This document shows positions 20,172 to 29,590 of a stretch of 64,000 nucleotides of DNA, piece after piece; positions within the stretch are counted from its first letter, which is position 1, and each line of letters opens with the position of its first letter. Source of the stretch: an uncultured Chloroflexia bacterium (GTDB lineage Bacteria > Chloroflexota > Chloroflexia > QHBQ01 > JADMIH01); the NCBI GenBank assembly GCA_963797095.1, contig CAWCNY010000002.1, forward strand, positions 576,001 to 640,000. Direction: 5' to 3'. The notes beneath the pieces were generated by a model. That model was given only the letters and a program-made list of their open reading frames with translations, searched no databases and was not told the origin of the DNA. The translations under genes were made by a program, and so were the position numbers.

Positions 20172-21545
20172 ATGCGCCGCAATCCCTTTATCCCTCTCGT
20201 AATTATAGGACTCATAATCACCGTTGCTTTTGCCATTAGCCAGCGGAATGTTACGTCCAGCCCGGAAGATGCCTCAAGCACGAAGGCGGCTGTTCAGTCG
20301 CTATCGACAGATGTGCCCGCAGACGTAGCAGATATGCCCGTAGAGGCGCAGCCTACGCCTACCGAAGGCCCAACCGCAGAGCCGACGGCCACGCGCCAGC
20401 CCATCCCCCCGGAGCTACAGGCTCAGATCGACCGGATCGAGGCCGAAGCCTCGAATTTGCGGGGCTTGCGCCCGTTGGAAGATGTACCGGAAATCTTCAT
20501 GACTCGCCAGCAGTTCCGCGACTATTTCAAGCAGGAGATGATGGGCGATGTGTCGGAGGAGGAATCCCGCGAGTATTTGCAGGAGCTTTGGCTTCTGCGC
20601 CTGGTTGATAGCCCTTCGATCGATTTTTACGATGTTAGCACCGATATCTACAGTGACAATATCCTGGGCTTCTACGACCATCGCTCAAAGGAGCTTTTCG
20701 TAATCACGGATAAGCTGACCCTCGCCCCGGAGGCGCAGGTCACGTTGGCTCACGAGTTTGTGCACAGCCTTCAGGACCAGCATTACAAGCTCAAGAAGAT
20801 TTGGCCAACCGAATCGACCGACTGGGACCGCAGTATGGCCGCGCGCTCGCTGGTAGAGGGAGACGCCACTCTCTCAGGATATGCCTGGGCGGCATCGTAT
20901 ATGAGCGGGAGGGATTTCAGGAGTTTGTTCGATACCAGGGAGTTGTCGCCCGCAGTGGAGAACAAGACTCCGCCTTACCTGGGACTTAGCACAATATTCC
21001 CCTATGCGGCGGGCACGGCATTCGTGTCGCAGATTATGCAGGTCGGGTATTTTTCGACGGTGAACCTGTCGCTGCAAGACCCACCTCGTTCGACGGAGCA
21101 GATCATGCACCCGGAGAAGTTCCTCCAGACGCCCATCGACCAGCCGAAGGCGGTTACTCTGCCCGACCTGATGCCTGCGCTCGGCACGCCGTGGGAGCTT
21201 AAGGAGAGCAACACGCTGGGCGAATTCGAGTTCAATACGATGCTGCGCTTGAACGGAGCCAGCGACCCCGACCGGGGTGCGGATGGCTGGGGAGGCGCGA
21301 AGTTTGAGTATTACAAGCTTGAGCAGGAGGGGTTGGTGTACGCGGGCACGGTGTGGGACACCGAAACCGACGCGCAGGAGTTTGAGGGAGCGATGCAGGA
21401 GTTGTTCGCCAGGATGACGAAGGACGGCGAGTTCTGGACCGACCCGGCGCGCACCTTCTGGATGAAGCGTGATGGGAAGAAGGTTATTTTTGTGGCGTCC
21501 ACTAACAGACCCGCGCTTGAGCGGGTGGTGGCGGGCTTGAAGTAG
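20172..21545 (+). CDS. Membrane-anchored HExxH (zincin-like) surface protein
   Basis: N-terminal TM, Pro/Thr linker, ILGFYD, LAHEFVHSLQDQH, LVEGDAT, PPRSTEQIMHPEK, ADGWGG; AGGAGG RBS at 20161. Confidence 0.7.
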   Translation: MRRNPFIPLVIIGLIITVAFAISQRNVTSSPEDASSTKAAVQSLSTDVPADVADMPVEAQPTPTEGPTAEPTATRQPIPPELQAQIDRIEAEASNLRGLRPLEDVPEIFMTRQQFRDYFKQEMMGDVSEEESREYLQELWLLRLVDSPSIDFYDVSTDIYSDNILGFYDHRSKELFVITDKLTLAPEAQVTLAHEFVHSLQDQHYKLKKIWPTESTDWDRSMAARSLVEGDATLSGYAWAASYMSGRDFRSLFDTRELSPAVENKTPPYLGLSTIFPYAAGTAFVSQIMQVGYFSTVNLSLQDPPRSTEQIMHPEKFLQTPIDQPKAVTLPDLMPALGTPWELKESNTLGEFEFNTMLRLNGASDPDRGADGWGGAKFEYYKLEQEGLVYAGTVWDTETDAQEFEGAMQELFARMTKDGEFWTDPARTFWMKRDGKKVIFVASTNRPALERVVAGLK

Positions 21546-21688
21546 CCCCAACTACTTCTGTGGAGAGCCAGGGAACATGCCTGGAACCAGTGCAGGCGGA
21601 ACTGCCTGCCCCCCGTTTTCGCGAGTCGTGATATAATGGCTGTGACCTAACTGTACGCCCATGCGTAGATCCAGATAGGAGGATTGTT

Positions 21689-23125
21689 ATGGGCAAAGTG
21701 TCACGATTCGTTGCGTTGCTGCGGGCCACTTATTTAGGCTCGTTCGTGTTGGGGCTTGTGATGCTCCTGATTGGCGGCTTGCTAGCGCCATCTGTAAAGG
21801 CTGCACGAACAGCGCAAAGCCCAGGCTTCGTGTATGTAGCGCGTTTCGACCTTGCCATTACCCCGGTAAGCGCCGAATACTACGACCGCGCCATTTCGAC
21901 CGCCGAGCGCGATGGGGCCACTGCTCTTGTCGTAGAGCTTGATACGCCGGGCGGCCTTGTCGACTCGATGCAGACGATGGTGCAGCGCACCCTCGCAAGC
22001 AGTGTGCCTGTGATTGTGTACGTATCGCCTCAGGGAGCTATGTCGGCGTCGGCGGGGATATTTATCGTGTATGCTTCGCACGTGGCGGCGATGGCTCCCA
22101 ATACCACCATTGGCTCGGCTGAGGTGATCCTGAACGCAGGCGACGACACCGGTAGCGCCACGCCCGAAAGCGGCGATGCGGCTGCCGAGCGGCGCAAGGT
22201 GACCAACCTCCTCATATCGCAGATCACCAACCTGGCGGAGCAACGGGGCCGGGACGTCGATTTTGGCGTGAAAGCGGTCACCGAGAGCGAGAACATAGGC
22301 GCGACAGCGGCCTTGCAGCAGAAGGTGGTCGATATAGTGGCTACCAACGTGGATGACGTGCTGGCTCAGGCCGACGGTCGTGTGGTGAAGGTGGGGAACG
22401 ATAACGAGGACGTGACGCTCCATACAAAGGGGGCCGCGCTCCGAAGCCTTGAGCCTACATTGGGCGAAAACCTCCTGCTGCTGATCACCGATCCGAACGT
22501 GGCGTTCCTCCTTATCAGTATAGGCACGCTTGGCGTTACCTGGGAATTTATCAACCCAGGCTCAGTGTTCCCCGGCGTGGTCGGCGCTATCTGCCTCCTG
22601 ATCGGCTTCCTGGGGCTTGGCACGCTGCCGATCAACTGGTCGGGGGCGGTGTTCTTGGTGCTGGCGTTCGTGCTGTTCATCGCTGATGTGTTCATGACCT
22701 CGCACGGCATATTGACGGCGGGGGGTATCGCCTCGCTGATCCTCGGTGGCCTGCTCCTGATCAATACATCTGATTCGCCTGGGCTGCCTTCGGTTTCGCC
22801 CTCTGTCGTGCTCGGCACGGCTGCCGGCTTGGGTGGATTCTTCTTCTTCGCCGTGTACAAAGTGTTGCAGGCGCGTCGATACCGCCCCACTACGGGTAGG
22901 GAGGGTTTGGTGGGACGCACAGCCATCACCCGCAGCGACCTTTCGCCCGATGGTATGGTGTTTGTAGAGGGAGAATTGTGGCACGCCACCAGCGACAACG
23001 GCGCGATCCCCTCCGGCCAGCGGGTGCGGGTGGTAGCGACGAATGGCCTGCGGCTTCGGGTGCGGCCCGAAACCGCCCCTCAACCTGAGGCCGAACCTGC
23101 CGGGCTTGATACTCATAAACTGTAG
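21689..23125 (+). CDS. nfeD: Long-form NfeD (ClpP-class membrane protease + TM + OB domain)
   Basis: LDTPGG, SASAG, AAMAPNTTIGSA, C-terminal TGREGLVG...GMVFVEGELW. Confidence 0.9.
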   Translation: MGKVSRFVALLRATYLGSFVLGLVMLLIGGLLAPSVKAARTAQSPGFVYVARFDLAITPVSAEYYDRAISTAERDGATALVVELDTPGGLVDSMQTMVQRTLASSVPVIVYVSPQGAMSASAGIFIVYASHVAAMAPNTTIGSAEVILNAGDDTGSATPESGDAAAERRKVTNLLISQITNLAEQRGRDVDFGVKAVTESENIGATAALQQKVVDIVATNVDDVLAQADGRVVKVGNDNEDVTLHTKGAALRSLEPTLGENLLLLITDPNVAFLLISIGTLGVTWEFINPGSVFPGVVGAICLLIGFLGLGTLPINWSGAVFLVLAFVLFIADVFMTSHGILTAGGIASLILGGLLLINTSDSPGLPSVSPSVVLGTAAGLGGFFFFAVYKVLQARRYRPTTGREGLVGRTAITRSDLSPDGMVFVEGELWHATSDNGAIPSGQRVRVVATNGLRLRVRPETAPQPEAEPAGLDTHKL

Positions 23126-23221
23126 GGTGGCTTCGGGCCTACTCCTACATTCACTTTCGTTCTGCTTTCTTTCTCTGTGACCTGTGTTTTGTGGTTCAAT
23201 TCCAAAGGAGGAAACCGATAA

Positions 23222-24241
23222 ATGGATGCCTTTTTAGGTCTATTAGCGTTCCTGGTGCCGTTCCTGGTGGTGCTGTTCAGTATTGCAGGCTCAGCCGTCA
23301 AGGTGGTGCAGGAGTACGAGCGCGGCGTTATCTTCCGGCTCGGGCGGTTGGTGGGGGCGCGCGGTCCCGGCCTCTTCCTCATAATCCCGTTCGTGGACCG
23401 CATGGTGAAGGTTGACCTGCGTGTGGTCACGCTCGATGTGCCCGCCCAGGAAGTGATTACCCGCGACAACGTAACGGTAAGGGTGAACGCGGTGCTCTAT
23501 TTCCGGGTGTTCGACCCGGAGAAGGCGGTGGTGGCCGTCACCGATTATGTGCGTGCCACGCACCAGATCGCGCAAACCACCCTGCGGAGCGTGCTTGGTC
23601 AATCGGACCTGGACGAACTCCTCTCTCAGCGGGAGGAGATCAACCTGCGCCTGCAACAGATCATCGACGAGCAGACCGAGCCGTGGGGCATCAAGGTCGG
23701 CATCGTGGAAGTGAAGGACGTGGAACTGCCCCAGAGTATGCAGAGGGCTATGGCCCGGCAGGCAGAGGCCGAACGCGAGAAGCGCGCCAAGATCATCCAC
23801 GCCTCAGGCGAGTTTGAGGCTTCCAAGATGCTTACCGCGGCCGCGAAGGTGATCGGCTCGGAGCCTGCAACTATCCAACTGCGCTATCTGCAAACCCTCA
23901 CCGAGATCGCTTCAGAGCGCAACTCTACGATTATCTTCCCTGTGCCAATCGAACTGTTGAGCATGATCCCGCATATCATGGGCGGATCGCACAACGGATC
24001 GGGCGACGGGATCGAAGACCTTACACCCCCCGCCGGTGCGGATACACTTCCCACGGCGGCTGCTCCCGGTAGCCTGCCTGAGCCGGTGGCTGGCTCGGAG
24101 GCGGAAGCTGAGATGGCGCGCCCTCGCGCCAGCACGCTCCACGAACTGAATGAAGAAGGGGTGGCTAAGCAACAGAGGGAGGCGCATGCTCGCTTTATAG
24201 AGGGCGATAACGCCGCTCCGCCCGCGAAGGACAAGAGTTAA
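23222..24241 (+). CDS. Stomatin-like SPFH (slipin) protein
   Basis: [38 protein letters not shown]; canonical partner of nfeD. Confidence 0.93.
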   Translation: MDAFLGLLAFLVPFLVVLFSIAGSAVKVVQEYERGVIFRLGRLVGARGPGLFLIIPFVDRMVKVDLRVVTLDVPAQEVITRDNVTVRVNAVLYFRVFDPEKAVVAVTDYVRATHQIAQTTLRSVLGQSDLDELLSQREEINLRLQQIIDEQTEPWGIKVGIVEVKDVELPQSMQRAMARQAEAEREKRAKIIHASGEFEASKMLTAAAKVIGSEPATIQLRYLQTLTEIASERNSTIIFPVPIELLSMIPHIMGGSHNGSGDGIEDLTPPAGADTLPTAAAPGSLPEPVAGSEAEAEMARPRASTLHELNEEGVAKQQREAHARFIEGDNAAPPAKDKS

Positions 24242-24267
24242 CGAATCATAATCGTGTTGGCAGTCAA

Positions 24268-24294
24268 AGGGGGCGGGCACCTGTGCCCGCCCCC
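24268..24294 (+). terminator. Hairpin after SPFH gene (terminator or REP-like)
   Basis: GGGGCGGGCA-CCTG-TGCCCGCCCC. Confidence 0.55.
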
Positions 24295-24633
24295 ACGTTA
24301 CGCTCCCATTTTGGAGGGATGCGATGGCCGTGGCCGCTGCGGTGGGTGAGATCGTCTATATTTGCCCATTGAAGGACTCTGTGCGTCTGGGATTCTCTTA
24401 CGGCGGCATCTTGCCCGACCGGGATAGTATACCGGTGGGTGAGGGGAAGCGATTGAGAATCTGGTTAAGACTGCGTGGGTGGAGGCGATAGAGCGGGCGA
24501 AAAAGCCTTGATGCTTGACTATGACCTCAATAGGACTGATTACCCATTGACCCTGTAATGATTGTCCGCCTAGAATCGTTCTAAGATACGTCTCCCTATG
24601 TTTCCCCCTGCCCGTTCTTCAAGGGGTATTGCT

Positions 24634-26406
24634 ATGTCCAGAATGGTCCGTTTCCGCTACCTCCTGGGTGCGATCTTCGTCCTCTTTGCAGCCGTTATTT
24701 GCGCCACCACTATTGCCGCACCCAATCAAGGCTCGTCCGGCGATAAGCAACCTACATCGGCGACACCTGCCGGTTGCGACGATGTCTTTATAGATGTTTG
24801 CCCCGGCGCGTGGTTCTACGATCCTGTAATGAGCCTGAACGACATGGGCGCGGTGAATGGCTACTCGGATGGCACGTTCCGACCTGGGAACCTCATTACT
24901 CGCGGGCAGGTCATGAAGGTGATCGTGCTCGCTCTGGGTCTCGATTCTTATTTGCCCGATGGATATACATTTGCAGATGTGCGTCCCAATAGCACCTTCT
25001 ATTCCTTTGTAGAGGTGGGTTACGCCAACAATCTGGCTTCGGGTTATCCGTGCGGCGGCTCCGAACCGTGCGATTCGCACAATCGCCCGTATTTCCGGCC
25101 CGGTAGCAACGTGAGCCGGGCGCAACTGGCTAAGATGATCACGATAGCCGCCGGGTGGCAACCCCTCAACTCGACGTCTCCCACGTTTAGAGATGTGCCT
25201 GCCGGCAGCACCTTTTATGGCTACGTTGAGAGGGCAGCCGCCGAGGGCGCTATTGACGGCTATGATTGCGGAGGGATAGGAGAGCCTTGCCCCGGCCGCT
25301 ACTTCCGACCCAACGGCACTGCTACCCGCGCCCAGGCTTCCAAGATGGTAGATACTGCCCGCCGCAGGCACGCTACGCCAACACCCACCCGCACGGCACT
25401 GCCAACGCAGACCCCAGGCGGCCCAACCGCCACGCCCATGCCGAGCAACACCCGAACGCGCACGCCCACAAGGACGCCTACGCGCACGCCCACCCGAACC
25501 AATACGCCCACGGCGGCACCTACATCGCCGGGTGGTGGGCCTTGCCAGGTGTTCCCGGCGAACAACATCTGGAACCGCAATATATCGGCATTACCCACGC
25601 TCACTATGTCGAACGCCTATATGAACAGCATCGGGCTTGATGACAATGTGCACGCAGACTTCGGCTCAGGGCTGTGGGATGGCGGTCCTATAGGCATACC
25701 CTATGTATTTGTGCCAGGCTCGCAGCCTTTCGTGCCGATCCACTTCACCGAGTACGGCAACCAGAGCGATGCCGGACCTTACCCTGTGCCCACAAACGCC
25801 CCGGTAGAGGGCGGGCCGGACAGCGATGGCGACCGCCATGTGCTTGTGATCGACCAGGGAAATTGCACCCTGTACGAGATGTTCAGCTCGTACCCGAACA
25901 GCGATGGGTCGTGGGATGCCGGTAGCGGCGCTGTGTTCGATTTGAACTCGAACGCGCTCAGGCACGCGGGGTGGACATCCGCCGATGCGGCTGGGATGCC
26001 GATCTATCCGGGGCTTGTGACGTATGACGAGGTTGCAAGCGGGGTGATCAGGCACGCCATACGCTTCACCGTGCCTGATACGCAGATGGCCTATATATGG
26101 CCCGCCCGCCACTTCGCGAGTGACGACGACAATCCCAACTTGCCGCCGATGGGCCTCCGCGTGCGCCTTAAGGCCAGCTACGATATCAGCCACTTCGCCC
26201 CGCAGATCCGCGTGATACTTCAAGCGATGAAGGATTACGGGATGTTTGTCACCGACAACGGATCGCCCTGGTACATCAGCGGCGCGCCTGACGAACGCTG
26301 GGACAACGACCTGTTGCACACGATGGATGTCATTACAGGGCGGGACTTCGAGGCGGTGGACGAATTGAGCCTGATGATAGACCCCAATTCGGGCGAGAGC
26401 AGATAG
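24634..26406 (+). CDS. S-layer homology (SLH) domain protein with Thr/Pro linker and conserved uncharacterised C-terminal domain
   Basis: Three F.DV....FY...GY....FRP....TR(G/A)Q SLH repeats with GYPCGG inserts; TPTRT linker; C-terminal DRHVLVID, GWTSADAAG. Confidence 0.82.
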   Translation: MSRMVRFRYLLGAIFVLFAAVICATTIAAPNQGSSGDKQPTSATPAGCDDVFIDVCPGAWFYDPVMSLNDMGAVNGYSDGTFRPGNLITRGQVMKVIVLALGLDSYLPDGYTFADVRPNSTFYSFVEVGYANNLASGYPCGGSEPCDSHNRPYFRPGSNVSRAQLAKMITIAAGWQPLNSTSPTFRDVPAGSTFYGYVERAAAEGAIDGYDCGGIGEPCPGRYFRPNGTATRAQASKMVDTARRRHATPTPTRTALPTQTPGGPTATPMPSNTRTRTPTRTPTRTPTRTNTPTAAPTSPGGGPCQVFPANNIWNRNISALPTLTMSNAYMNSIGLDDNVHADFGSGLWDGGPIGIPYVFVPGSQPFVPIHFTEYGNQSDAGPYPVPTNAPVEGGPDSDGDRHVLVIDQGNCTLYEMFSSYPNSDGSWDAGSGAVFDLNSNALRHAGWTSADAAGMPIYPGLVTYDEVASGVIRHAIRFTVPDTQMAYIWPARHFASDDDNPNLPPMGLRVRLKASYDISHFAPQIRVILQAMKDYGMFVTDNGSPWYISGAPDERWDNDLLHTMDVITGRDFEAVDELSLMIDPNSGESR

Positions 26407-26499
26407 GGCCAGAGTCCGAAGTTCACACCCTCAATATCGTACACGCCTCTTCCCGGATTTCTGATGCAAATTCTCAGGCGCACAATCTGGTTCTAAATA

Positions 26500-26710
26500 T
26501 GAGTCATCCCCAAATTCAGATTCAGCTTCGCGGGCGTGCAATCTGGTTCTAAAAAGAGCAAAATTGGCGGCTTTGCCGCCAATTTTGCTCTTTTTAGAAG
26601 GCCCCTCCCCGAGATCTTGGGGAGGGGGTGGGGTGGGGTCTTTGGTCGTTCCCAATCTGTTTTACGCACGAATTTAAAATTCGGGATGGCCCATGTTTTC
26701 GTTTGTCCAA
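26500..26710 (+). repeat. Dispersed ~200-bp palindromic repeat family A, copy 1
   Basis: Perfect 25-bp stem at 26547-26599, then CCCCTCCCC..GGGG and GAATTTnnAATTCGGGATG; homologous to 63690-63890. Confidence 0.85.
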
Positions 26711-26822
26711 TTCAAAGATTGTCCTCGGAGGGAGGTCACGAGCGGCATCTTGATCTATAATTGGCGCAGGATAGCAAAGACGGATAGCCCACCACTCAGC
26801 GGATGAAAGGACGGTATGCGCT

Positions 26823-28142
26823 ATGAGCAAAGTGCTGGCGGTTATTTTGGCGGGCGGCCAGGGTGAGCGCCTGAGCCTTTTGTCCGAGAAGCGTGCCAAG
26901 CCTGCGGTGCCGTTCGCTGGTAAGTACCGCATCATCGACTTCGCCCTGAGCAATTGCGTCAACTCCGATATTTACGACGTGGCTATCCTCACCCAGTACC
27001 GGCCCCATTCCCTCAACGATCACATCGGCATAGGCAAGCCATGGGACCTCGATAGGCGGCGGGGAGGGGTGCATCTACTTCAGCCATACGTTGGCCTCCA
27101 GGAGGCGGACTGGTACCAGGGTACGGCGGATGCGGTATACCAGAACCTCGACTTCATCATGGAGAGCAAGGCCGACTATGTGCTGATACTGGCGGGCGAC
27201 CATATCTATCGCATGGACTACAGGCCCATGATCTCTTTCCACCAGGTGCACTCGGCTGATGTGACCATGGGGGCTGCGGTGATACCTATAGAGGAGGGCT
27301 ATCGCTTTGGGATCTTGGAGACAGACTCTCAGGGGCAGGTAGTGTCGTTCGAGGAGAAACCGCCGGAACCTAAAGGCACGCTTGGCTCGATGGGCATATA
27401 CGTGTTCAACCGGGATGTACTGGCGAGGGTGCTGATGGAGGACGCCAGGACCCAGAGCAAGCACGACTTCGGGCGCAACATCATCCCTGGTATGCTGGAG
27501 CGCCGCGAGCGGGTGTTTGCCTTCCCGTTCAGCGGCTACTGGCAGGACGTGGGCACGGTCCAATCTTACTGGGAGACCCACATGGATCTGCTGGAGGAGA
27601 AGCCCGCGTTCGACCTGTACGACCGTTCGTGGGTGGTTCATACCCGCTCCGAAGAGCGGCCTGCCGCCCATGTGGAGCGTGGGTCGCGGGTGAGCAGAAG
27701 TCTGATCTCTCATGGGTGCATCATCAAGGGACAGGTAGAGCAGAGTGTGTTGTCTCCCGGTGTGGTGGTCGAGGAGGGGGCGGTGGTGCGCGGCTCTATC
27801 GTCTTCTCAGGGACGGTTATAGGCGCGGGCAGCGTGGTTGACCGCTCGATCCTCGATAAGGAAGTGGTGATCGGGCGCAACTGCCGGGTTGGGTATGGCG
27901 ACGACATGGCCCCCAACAAGCAGGAGCCGGACAGGCTGAACACCGGTATTACGCTGGTGGGCAAGCGTTCGCGCCTGCCCAACGATTTGACTGTGGGACG
28001 CAACTGCAAGATAGGCACCGACCTTACGCCGGAGGACTTCCCCGGCGGCGCGCTGGCGAGTGGCGAAACGGTAGAAGATAGAAGGTTTGCGCATGGTTGG
28101 GAGCGGGAAATGGCCCGCCGGGTTTTGCGTACTCGACCGTAG
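26823..28142 (+). CDS. glgC: Glucose-1-phosphate adenylyltransferase (ADP-glucose pyrophosphorylase)
   Basis: GGQGERL...RAKPAVPFAG, WYQGTADAV, LAGDHIY, FEEKP, left-handed beta-helix tail. Confidence 0.95.
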   Translation: MSKVLAVILAGGQGERLSLLSEKRAKPAVPFAGKYRIIDFALSNCVNSDIYDVAILTQYRPHSLNDHIGIGKPWDLDRRRGGVHLLQPYVGLQEADWYQGTADAVYQNLDFIMESKADYVLILAGDHIYRMDYRPMISFHQVHSADVTMGAAVIPIEEGYRFGILETDSQGQVVSFEEKPPEPKGTLGSMGIYVFNRDVLARVLMEDARTQSKHDFGRNIIPGMLERRERVFAFPFSGYWQDVGTVQSYWETHMDLLEEKPAFDLYDRSWVVHTRSEERPAAHVERGSRVSRSLISHGCIIKGQVEQSVLSPGVVVEEGAVVRGSIVFSGTVIGAGSVVDRSILDKEVVIGRNCRVGYGDDMAPNKQEPDRLNTGITLVGKRSRLPNDLTVGRNCKIGTDLTPEDFPGGALASGETVEDRRFAHGWEREMARRVLRTRP

Positions 28143-28211
28143 AGCAGCCAGGTAGAGGAGCATAAGGTAGGTAGATAGCAGCAAGAGCAGGCAGAAAGGA
28201 CGGGTCGCGCC

Positions 28212-29522
28212 ATGAGTAAAGTACTGGCGGTAATTCTGGCCGGTGGCCGGGGTGAGGGGCTGTCTGCCCTCACGGAAAGGCGCTCGGAGGCGGCGGTGCC
28301 GTTCGCTGGCAAGTACCGCATCATCGACTTCGCCCTGAGCAACTGTGTCAACTCCGATATTTACGATGTGGCTGTGCTCACGCAGTACCAGCCGCAATCG
28401 TTGCGAGACCACATCGGCATCGGCAAGCCGTGGGACCTCGACAGGCGGCAGGGGGGTGTACATCTACTCCAGCCCTACATCGGTCGCCAGGAGTTGGGGT
28501 GGCAGAAGGGCACAGCGGACGCGGTGTACCAGAACCTCGACTTCATCATGGAGAGCAGGGCCGACTACGTGTTGATACTGGCGGGCGACCATATCTATCG
28601 TATGGACTACAGGCCCATGATCTCTTTCCACCAGCAGCGGGGAGCGGATGTTACGGTTGGTGCGGTGGTGGTGCGCCCTGAGGAAGGGTACCGCTTTGGC
28701 ATACTTGAGACCGATGCCGGGGGGCGGGTGGTGTCGTTCGAGGAGAAGCCGGGACAACCAAGAGGGTCGCTTGGCTCGATGGGTATATACGTGTTCAACC
28801 GGGAACTGCTTGCCCGGGTGGTGGTGGAGGATGCGGACGACGAGTCAAGCAGGCACGACTTCGGGCGGAATATCATCCCCGGCATGCTAGCGAGGGGCGA
28901 TAAGGCGTATGCATACCCGTTCACGGGCTACTGGCAGGACGTAGGCACTATAAAGGCCTACTGGGAGGCGCACATGGGCTTGCTTGAGGAACAGCCCGCA
29001 TTCGACCTGTACGACCCCGGCTGGGTGATCCACACCCTGTCAGAGGAACAGCCCCCCGCCTACATACACGATGGCGACCTGGTAACTGAGAGCCTGATCT
29101 CGCACGGGTGCATTATTAAAGGACGTGTGGAGCAGAGCGTGTTGTCTCCAGGTGTGGTTGTTGAGGAGGGGGCGGTGGTGCGCAATTCCATTGTCATGTT
29201 CGATACGGTGATTGGTGCGGGGAGCGTCGTGGACCGGGCGATCCTCGACAAGGAAGTGATCGTTGGCCGAAATTGCAGGGTTGGGTACGGCGACGACATG
29301 GCCCCCAACAAGCAGGAGCCGGATAAACTGGATACGGGCGTGACTGTGATCGGCAAGCGCTCGCACCTGCCTGATGGATTGACGGTGGGGCGCAACTGCA
29401 AGATAGGGGCGGGGGTGCACCCTGAGGATTTCCCCGGCGGCACCCTGGCGAGCGGCGATACGGTAGAGAACCGCTCGTTTGCCCACAACTGGGAGCGCGA
29501 GTTGGCTGCGAGTAGCGAGTAA
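28212..29522 (+). CDS. GlgC paralog with degenerate catalytic loop (GlgD-like)
   Basis: Very similar to the upstream glgC, but GGRGEGL...RSEAAVPF replaces GGQGERL...RAKPAVPF. Confidence 0.85.
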   Translation: MSKVLAVILAGGRGEGLSALTERRSEAAVPFAGKYRIIDFALSNCVNSDIYDVAVLTQYQPQSLRDHIGIGKPWDLDRRQGGVHLLQPYIGRQELGWQKGTADAVYQNLDFIMESRADYVLILAGDHIYRMDYRPMISFHQQRGADVTVGAVVVRPEEGYRFGILETDAGGRVVSFEEKPGQPRGSLGSMGIYVFNRELLARVVVEDADDESSRHDFGRNIIPGMLARGDKAYAYPFTGYWQDVGTIKAYWEAHMGLLEEQPAFDLYDPGWVIHTLSEEQPPAYIHDGDLVTESLISHGCIIKGRVEQSVLSPGVVVEEGAVVRNSIVMFDTVIGAGSVVDRAILDKEVIVGRNCRVGYGDDMAPNKQEPDKLDTGVTVIGKRSHLPDGLTVGRNCKIGAGVHPEDFPGGTLASGDTVENRSFAHNWERELAASSE

Positions 29523-29590
29523 ATAAGCAGTAAGCAATACGAAGCACGCAGTACGAGATGATCTCGTATCACAGGCAAAGGGGTGCACAA

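Noticed and set aside
25370-25530. ACGCCCAC-type repeats
   Set aside because: Encode an ordinary Thr/Pro/Arg linker in the SLH protein.
26431-26760. Small ORFs over repeat family A (also 63678-63890)
   Set aside because: They arise from the palindrome, open on both strands, and lack RBS or coding signatures.
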